A stretch of DNA of 64,000 bases from Octopus vulgaris (lineage: Eukaryota), in NCBI GenBank assembly GCA_951406725.2, contig OX597826.1, positions 51,212,001-51,276,000 of the forward strand, given 5' to 3'. The position numbers and the translations under genes were made by a program. How positions within the stretch are numbered: the first letter of the stretch is position 1; each line of letters opens with the position of its first letter. Positions 55,511 to 64,000 of this stretch are shown piece after piece. The notes under the pieces are model-generated. The model did not search any database, was not told where the DNA came from, and worked only from the letters and a program-made list of their open reading frames with translations.

Positions 55511-57244
55511 TTATGATCATTATTATATTGAGATCTAAGTGTCTTTGAGAAATAAATACTACACCACACCACCTCATTTTCCAGCAAATAACAAAGAAAC
55601 CAATCAACAAGCAAAACAGTGAATTTAACCTATTTTAGTATCTTGGAGTAACCATAAATAATTTTTTGGTAGAGCAATAATACATTGATATAAATGTACC
55701 AGAAAGTAACTTTACTATGTCATTCTCTAGTGTTTCCAAACTTTAGACTATACAGAAAATCATCTCGACCGAGAGAAAAGAAAAAAAAATGTGAATAATA
55801 AATATGAAAATAGAAATCAACTTAAGAGAAAGAGATGGCTAAAGACAGAGAGAAAGATAGAAAAGGAAAGCTGGAGAGAGGCTGGAGAAGGAAAGGAAGA
55901 AGCGGGGAAGGGGAGAGAACCGCCATCAATATTTTGTTTTTGCTTTCGTTGTTTTTCTCCCGTTTTTTCCCTTTTTCTTTATACATTAACTCGTTTGATT
56001 TTCCACATTAACTTGGAATCTTTAATTCTTTTTCATTGTATTTAGTTGTTTATATTTTTTTTTACGTATTTTGTTTATTCTATCAGATTATATCTTGATG
56101 TTGATGGATAAGTGATTCTTGAAATCACAAATGTATTAATGTATTCATGACGGTAGAATTGTTATCGTGAGTTAGAGGGAGATAGAGAGAGAGGTATAGA
56201 GAGCGCGCGCGCGCGACAGAGAGAGAGAGAGAAAGAGTGAGAGAGAAGAAAGTGAAAGAGGGAGAGAAAGAAAGACAGAAAATACAGAGAGAGAAAGAGA
56301 AGGGAAGACAGAGAAGGAATGATAGGGAGAAATAGAATAGAAGACAAAGTGAGAAAGAGGGAGAGAACGTTGAACGGGAGATTTAAAGTGAAATATATAT
56401 ATATATATATATATAGATGAGAGTGAGAGAGTGGAAGAAAAGGCTGTTGGGTGTGGTAGAATCCTTATATTAGTAGCTATAGTCATCGATAAGAGAGTGA
56501 CAGTGAGAGACACAATAGGAGTTATAGAGTGTGAAAGAAGGAGAGAGAGAATCAAAAAGAAAGAGTGAGAGTTAGAGGAGGGAAGGGAAGACAGAGAAAG
56601 AAGGTCAGTGAAAATCGAATGAGAGATATAGAGTGAGGAAGAGAGGTAGAGAATGAGAGATGTAGAGCGGGAGATGCAGAATGAGAGAGAGAGCTAGGGA
56701 GAGGGAGAGAGAGAAACAGTAAGAGTGAAAGATAAAGAGTGAGAAGGAGAGAGAGACAGAAGGAAAAGAGAAAGTGGTTGATAGAAAAAGAAAGTTAAAA
56801 ATGAGAATGTGGGGGTGATAGAATGGGAATAAGAAAGAGAGAGAACTAGTGAAAGATATAGTGGAAAATGCAGAATGAGAGAGAAAGAGAGAGAGATAAG
56901 GGGGAGAAATAAGGAGAGAGAGAGAGAGAGAAAGAGGGAGAAATAGAGAGATAGAGATAAAGACAGAGAGAGAGAGAGAGATAATTCTAACAACATCGGA
57001 TCCAAATGTATAGAGACACTAGCATCCATGTCACAAAACCTCATATCACATATCGGTTACAAGGTCACAATGTTAGGTATTAAATTGTTAAATCTATATA
57101 TAAACTTTAAAACACTTTTCTAGTTAGAATCCCTGCCCTTCTTGCCAATGCTAGAGCTTATTTTTTCCTTATATGATGTGGAATCAGCTTTTATTATTGG
57201 TTTCCAAATATAAAACTGTATAGAAGTATACAATGTGTCAACCA

Positions 57245-57772
57245 GGCAGAATCATTACCATATCTGACAAAGTGCTTAGCTACATTTCTTCTAGGTCTTT
57301 ACATTCTGAGTTCAAAGCACTTCGGGATCAACTTTACATTTCATCCTTTCGTGGCCGATGAAATAACGTACCAGGCAGATAATGGGGTCGATGTAATAGA
57401 CTTTCCCCCTCCCCTTAAAAACAGTCTTGAACCCTGCAACGGGCCTGCTTCATGTTCAAGGGAAATGCGATCTCGATCGCTTATAAGCCAAGCAAAAGTG
57501 GTAACTACTCTAATTAGCGAGAGGGGTCGTAAAAAAACTATATATACCATAGAGCAAGAGAAAATTGTTTCAGAATCTTAGCACAAGCCCAGAAATTTCA
57601 GGGGTTTATCGATTACATCGCCCCAGTACGCAAGTAGCATTCATTTTATTGGCCTCGAAAGGATGAAAGGCAAAATCAGCCCCGGCGGAATTTGAACTAA
57701 AAACGTAAAGACGGAGGGAATGCCGCTAAGCCTTTAATCCGGCGTGCTAACGATTCTGTCAGCTCGCCGCCT
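57245..57772. mobile_element. Two SINE family B copies, tail-to-tail
   Basis: Plus copy ~57245-57420 and minus copy ~57565-57772 (ends ctcgccgcctt). Confidence 0.75.
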
Positions 57773-58579
57773 TGGGCAAGAGAAATATTATTGGTACATC
57801 TAATGAGTGTATAGTGTACTACAGAATAAAGCATGAACAATACAACGCAATTCTTTCCATATCGAAAAATGCAGAACCTTTGGAAATATTTCAATGAAAT
57901 CAATATAGAAACTGCACCAGATGTTTCATAACTAAATCAGCATTTAACGTTACATTCAGTTTAGAATAATGCCTGACTTATGGGACATTTGATCTGGTAA
58001 ATAAACTACAATCCCCATTTCCACCATCATAGCAATGGACAGTCAGGTTATGTTATATAAGAATAATATAAAGGTCAACGTATTGAAAACTGTTATTTTA
58101 CGTAACAAGTGAACTAGTGAGTGGTCAATTGGAATTCTTATAACAACAACGCAAGTGTTCACAAATAAATTCTATAAAAATGTCGTTAATTAAAGGGTAA
58201 GAGAACTTTGTTGGCGAATCTGCTTCGATTTTTCGATATATTTGCTATATTTATGTTGATGTAATTAACCCTCTAAAACACATGAACTTCACAGATCTTG
58301 TTTTGTTAACTCTCAAATCAAATAGAATAAATCACCATTTCTTGTGTATCAGCGATAAAGGAAGTGAAGCAATACATTTCATTTATCTAAATTTTTTATA
58401 GAAAATAAATAATATTTGGCATATTTAAAAAAGAAAAAAATATCAGCTAATAAAGATAAATGTCAATAATTTGTGAATGGACTTGTAATTACTTTTATTG
58501 AATCATTCGGAAAAGATTTGGCAGCTTTTTTTCTTTTTTTTACCGATCATTAATAATTTTTGCATGAAAAAATCTCAAT

Positions 58580-59210
58580 GCATATCTGGTATTTATTTTA
58601 TCGATCAAAAGGGGGTGAAAACCAAGCATAAAACTCGGCAGGATTTGAAGGTACATAAAAGGACGTGTATAAATGTATATTATCCAAGATTTTATCGTAT
58701 CCAGCGCCCCGTGGGGAGTCATAGTTGCACATAATTGGCTGTTATTATTTAGACCTAAGGGAAGGCGGCGAGCTGGCAGAATTGTAAGTACGCCAAGAAA
58801 AATGCTTAGCGGCATTTCGTCCGTCGTTACGTTCTGAGTTCAAATTCTGCCAAGATCTACTTTGCCTTTCATCCTTTCGGAGTCGATAAAATAAGTACCA
58901 GTTGAGCACTGGAATCAATGTAATCGACTGGCCCCTTTCCCCAAAATTTCAGGCTGTGTGCCTATATCAGAAAGGATTATTTCGGCTTAGGAAAAGGCAG
59001 CGAGATGGCAAAATCATTAGCTCGCAGGACAAAATGCTTAGCAGCATTTCATCCGTCTTTCCGTTCTGAGTTCAAATTCCACCGAAGTCGACTTTGCTTT
59101 TAATCCTTCCGGGATCGATGAAATAAGAACCAGTAAGTATTAGAGGTTGATGTAATCGACTAACACTTTGCCCCAATATTGCACGTCTTTTACCAAAATT
59201 TGAAACAATT
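58580..59210. mobile_element. Three SINE family B copies (one degraded minus copy, two tandem plus copies)
   Basis: Plus copies 58762-58980 and 58995-59207 start aaggc(g/a)gcgag. Degraded minus copy ~58580-58735. Confidence 0.8.
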
Positions 59211-60149
59211 CTGTATGAAGAGATTTATTGCAAAGGAGGGTCTGTTCGTGACCATCCTGTATTTTTATACACGTGGGAGTGATGCAAGGATGATCAATTG
59301 TCATAACACATATTTTATTAGCTGATAGCATTTTCGAAAAGGCCGATTCTGTTTGAACATAATGAAAACCAAAATACAACCAGCAAGTTTTTTAAGTCAC
59401 AAAAATAAAGTTGCAAAGTTTTGGTGAGGCTTTATTAAAGATGGACCATTCCTCAATTACTGAGGATATAAAAAGATGTGATATTAGTCTTATGGAAGTT
59501 GTTGATTTTGCTATGGATAGGAACCAGCAGTATAAGTAGATTAGCCAGATTCTAAGGTTCAGCATCTCTTATGTTATCGACAACTTTTTATGGAAAGGAA
59601 AAAGGGGGTCTAAGAGATCGATAAAAAAGTAGCGGAAGAAAGCCCTATTGTCCAATTTACAACGGTTAGGTAGGATTTGAGAGAGTATAGCATATATTTC
59701 TAGCAGATAAAGTGCCTTTATAGTGGCTTTCGTGTCTGCTGGTACGATATTCAAGTGGAATATTTTACAGATGGTTATGCTTCAAAGGAAAACATTTTAC
59801 AGAGATTAGCAATTTTGTTTTGCACCCATGGTAGGAATCTCATATTTATGGAGCAGATGGTGGATTAGATAAGTGTCACAAGAAATATGAAGTTTGAAAT
59901 ATTAGAAACCTCATTTTTTTAAATAGATGTAACTATAATTTTCATTAAACTAATGAATGATGCATGTTTGTCAATCATTTTGGTTTAGTGATGGATGCTA
60001 ATTAGTACGAAAAGAACTCGAATTAGTAGCAATTTGTTTCAATTAGGCATAATTTGAATCGATTGGAAAGGACATAAAGAATCCTTAAAGCATAAAAAAG
60101 CATAAACATGACGTATTGGATAGTGGTAAATTCATTATATTAGGAAAGA

Positions 60150-61620
60150 AAATAATTAAATTTCGACGGAAAAAGTTTAAGTTGATGCTATGAATGTATG
60201 TTGTTTGAAAGCTCTTCCAAATTGGGCATTAATCTTTATAGCAAGACTTAATTATCCAGGTGAGCATCGGTCAGTTTTGTTTTCAAATGGATCTTGTGAT
60301 TCATTTATGAAAATAATTGCTCACACAGATAAATGCTGCCAAACAACAATTCCATCACATTTTCGAGTGGATGATTAAGTTAGAAAACTTCATGCTTGGG
60401 TGAATATATTTTCTTTATAGAAGTCAAATACTGACACATCTTCAGAATTAATTTCTGATATCAATATATCGTCAAAACCATCTTAATTAATTAATTCCAT
60501 TTTTTAATTTTCTGATGCATTGTCCACTTTCACCTTAAATTAAATAGGCCTGAACTAATTTGCATGCAAGCAAAAAACAAAAAACAAAACAAAACAAACA
60601 AACAAAAAGCAAAAAAAAAAAAAACAAAACAAAAAAACAAACAAATAAAAAAGGATGAGAAATTTTTCATTATAATTCATTTCTTAATTCATGAACCATA
60701 ATCCCAAAGTGTCTAAATCCTCTCCTTCACTTTTTGAGAAGTGAAAAAGAATGTCCCGCTGGTGTATCTCGCATTATATGTTTATACGAATTATAATGTA
60801 ATGTTCACGAGAAATACCAAATTTGCAAGTTAACCAGAAGTATGATTGTGGTGAACTACCCAAATTTCTTCTTTCAATGAATATTGTCACGACTTCTTTC
60901 CGTGCAAATATTTTTTGCATCATTGGCCATTGATTAATCCATCGTATATTGCAGAAATAAGGAGGTACCCATATTTTATCTCCGTATCCAACAAACTGCT
61001 CAAACTGAGAGTGATTTTATTCATGACATACGTGGGATCATATTTACTGTATTCAGGAACAAAAAACTCTACAAATTTTTTTTTTAGTTTCAAGCATTTG
61101 GTATATAATTGTGGAACTAAAAGGAATTTTATCCAATTTCTGTGCGATTTTGAAGCTTTCGATTTGTCCTTGCAAAAATGCCATGATTCTTTTTTCTGGA
61201 ATGTCATTAGTTGCTGGAATGTCATTAGTTGTGATTTTAATTAATTTCGACACACTAACTTCAGTTTCTCACGTCGTTTTAAACACAGCTACCAGTGTTT
61301 CTCAAATGTGTACTCTCAATAAGCTCAACTAAAAAAATAAAGAAGAGCGCAAAAGGAAACAAGGCATATCTTTGCAATCATTTCTTATATAAATTTAAAC
61401 ATTTGCCGACATTTCTTAGTCATGTGATCTTCTTTGCAGATAGGATGATAAATACATATAAATATTTCCTTTTTACGACAAACAATGTCCCTAATCGGCA
61501 ATAAACATATTTTGACAAGCTTTCAATCTGTAGAAGGTATCATCTTTACCGCAATGTCTTGAGACTCCGTCGCTAGCAGGGACATTTGCTTTATTTTCAC
61601 TGCTCTCTTGGCCAAAATGC
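60150..61620 (-). mobile_element. Highly decayed hAT (GTF2IRD2/SPIN-like) transposase
   Basis: Minus translation LLFGSIYLCEQLFS*MN...TKLTDAHL (hAT dimerisation domain) and LDTEIKYGYLL-FCNIRWIN (YGDL...VRWLS motif). Confidence 0.7.
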
Positions 61621-62899
61621 CGTTAGATTTCTGAAACTAGCCCCCATTTACTCGTTTTCATATTTCATTGCGGATCAGTAAATTTATCTAATTCCCAATA
61701 CAGAGAGGAGAGTCGTCTTTATTGTTACGACTCTTCGATCGCGGTAGATCGGTTCGGTGAGAAGACCAGTCCATCATTCTTAATGGGTGTTATAGAATTC
61801 TTCCTGTCCTAATTCTTGGTTGGAAATCTCAACTCTCCCCTGCCAAAGTTTTGTGTCGCGCAATGGAAGTTTTGATGTCTCAGATTGGTTTAAGGTACTT
61901 TTCATTTGGATTTTTTATTTTCGATAACTGCACTTTTGTGAACTTTAGTACTACACACCTACACATAATTCTTTTTCTTGTGTGTTCTTCTAGACCTGTT
62001 TCCGTATGTTTATGGATATTAATTCTCCAAACCTAGTTAATTTTGCTTTTGGCATTTTCACAAATCCTGTGAGGATAGAGAAATTTATTCTTGCATTAAA
62101 ACCCCGTCAGCAAAATCATAACAACCGGTTTGCTAGCGACGATATTGACATTATTAATGGTATTCATATTAACACTGGATAGTGCGGCGGCAGCGGCGGT
62201 GGTGGCTGTACTGATACTATTGGTAATGTTGTTACTATTCATTTTTGTATTTCTCATCTTCAATGTTGTTGTTGCTGTTATTCAGTGTAACAGGGCTATA
62301 GTGGTGGTGTCATTGTCATCATTAATTTCATTTTCGTTGCCATTACCGTTGTTGTTGTTGTTTCTCTCGGCGTTGGTGGTAGTGATATTTTGGGTGAAAA
62401 TGGAGATTGCTGTACCCTTGGGTATTCTGTCAAAAATTTCGACATCATGTTTTGATTTCTTTTTTTTAAATGGGCAAGTTCCAGTACAAATTAGTAACTT
62501 TCGTTTCGAAGAGTGAAACCAAAATAACTGACCAGTTCCTTAGGATCCCGGTCAGTTTAGCAACAATAAATAAGTAAAGTTTCAAAACAGACTTTTAAAA
62601 TAATGTTGAAACAATCGAAACTTATGAGTGATTGAAAGGAAGTGTATTGACAATATAAAATCACTAATAACAACATCACCACCAACAGCAGCAATAATGA
62701 CAATAATAATTCTTTCTAATTTTGACAGAAGGCAAACAATTTTAAGGATAGGGGGTAAGTCGATTGAATTGATCCTACAACTTTCTTGGTGCTTTATTTT
62801 ATTGACCAAGAAAGGATGAAAGAAAAGATTGACCCACTGGAATCTAAACTCATAATCTAAAGTGTGACAAGGTATAGGCAAAAACTGATAAAGCTCAAC

Positions 62900-63730
62900 C
62901 AGAAAGGAAATACAAAATCGGTGGAAAAGGAGACGAAAGTATTAAGCAGATAGCACAAAAAGAATAAAGTATGTACGACTGTGTCGGTAAAAGAGTGATT
63001 TGAGATGTTAGCTGAGTGTGTGGATTCAAAATGACAGGAAAGTGGAGCGAACTTGATTCAGAGGCTGTGGTGGTGAATAACAGTTACAAGATGTTATGGG
63101 ATTTTCTTAAAAAAGTTTCATATTGTTGAAGCAAGGGGGTCAGATATGAATATAGAGGACAAAAATACAAAAAATGAACAGTGTAAGGGTATTGACATTG
63201 TAATGTCGTATGATAGGGAGAGGGGAAGCCGAATAAATTTAGAAAACTGAGAAATATCAGGGCTTAATCTCAGAGATGAAATGACTGTGGACGGCAAAGG
63301 TGGTATTTGTTCCTATGGTAATTGGTGCACTTGGCATAACATCAAAGCTGCTACCTAAGATACTGATGGATACTAGAACTGAAAAATGTTTAATCGATCT
63401 TCAGAAAAGTGCCATTTTGTATTGTGCAATAAAGACGGCGAGCTGGCAGAACGTTCGCACGCCGGGCGAAATGCTTAGCGGTATTTCGTCTGTCTTTACG
63501 TTCTGAGTTCAAATTCCGCTGAGGTCGACTTTGCCTTTCATCCTTTCGGGGTCGATAAATTAAGTAACAGTTACGTACTGGAGTCGATGTAATCGACTGA
63601 ACTCCTCTATCAAAATTTCGGGCTTTGTGTCTAGAGTAGAAAAGATTCTTTATTGTGCAATAATCTCAAGAAAGATTCATGAGATTTGAGAAGATTTCAG
63701 ATTTGTAGTTATCAAACCTCAAAACAACAT
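62900..63730 (+). mobile_element. Decayed R4/Dong-clade 3' fragment interrupted by a SINE
   Basis: YKMLWDF...VFVPMVIGALGITSK...LQKSAILYCAI | ISRKI. Ends at (ATG)n/(TAA)n. Confidence 0.75.
63433..63650 (+). mobile_element. Full-length SINE family B with perfect 13-bp TSD
   Basis: TSD tattgtgcaataa at 63420-63432 and 63651-63663. Confidence 0.9.
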
Positions 63731-63777
63731 TCCAGCTAAATAAAGCATCATGCAATAGCTATCGTATAATGATGATG

Positions 63778-63809
<32 letters not shown>

Positions 63810-63828
63810 GATGATAATAATAATAATG

Positions 63829-63859
<31 letters not shown>

Positions 63860-63860
<1 letters not shown>

Positions 63861-64000
63861 TTAAGAAACAATGTGAAGAAGAAAGAATAAACAATTGGGA
63901 AATGAAATCACTGCATGGACAATACCTCAGAGAAATCGAAGAAAAAGACATGACTAGCGCTTGGAGATGGCTAAAAAATGTGATTTTAAAGAATGCACTG
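63860..64000 (+). mobile_element. Start of another 5'-truncated R4/Dong-clade copy (runs off window)
   Basis: After (TAA)n: EEERINNWEMKSLHGQYLREIEEKDMTSAWRWLK. Confidence 0.75.

Noticed and set aside
59400-59900. Possible PLE N-terminal relic on the minus strand (IVPADTK resembling VPADK)
   Set aside because: A single short motif with no other recognisable RT motif nearby.

Overview
AT-rich, repeat-saturated eukaryotic DNA, intergenic or intronic. The SINE families and the very high density of (TA)n, (CA)n, (TCTA)n and (TAA)n tracts suggest an octopus/coleoid cephalopod genome; this is an inference from repeat content. No intact host gene is supportable, and almost all ORF-track entries are microsatellite artefacts. 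The window holds about ten fragments of R4/Dong-clade non-LTR retrotransposons with a restriction-like endonuclease (REL), mostly abutting (TAA)n/(ATC)n tracts. It also holds a Penelope-like (PLE) reverse transcriptase (RT) relic, two mariner copies, a Tc1/maT-like copy, a Tigger relic, two GTF2IRD2/SPIN-like hAT copies, CR1-type 3' ends, three tRNA-derived SINE families and several palindromic MITEs. The best hidden signal is a set of minimal hammerhead ribozymes (HHRs). One copy with an intact core (52318-52361, minus strand) lies in a ~690-bp non-coding element with a 30-bp inverted repeat, inserted in (TA)n. A related shorter element and degenerate HHR copies occur elsewhere. An 837-bp palindrome carrying telomeric repeats is also notable. 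All calls are by eye, and boundaries of decayed elements are approximate.
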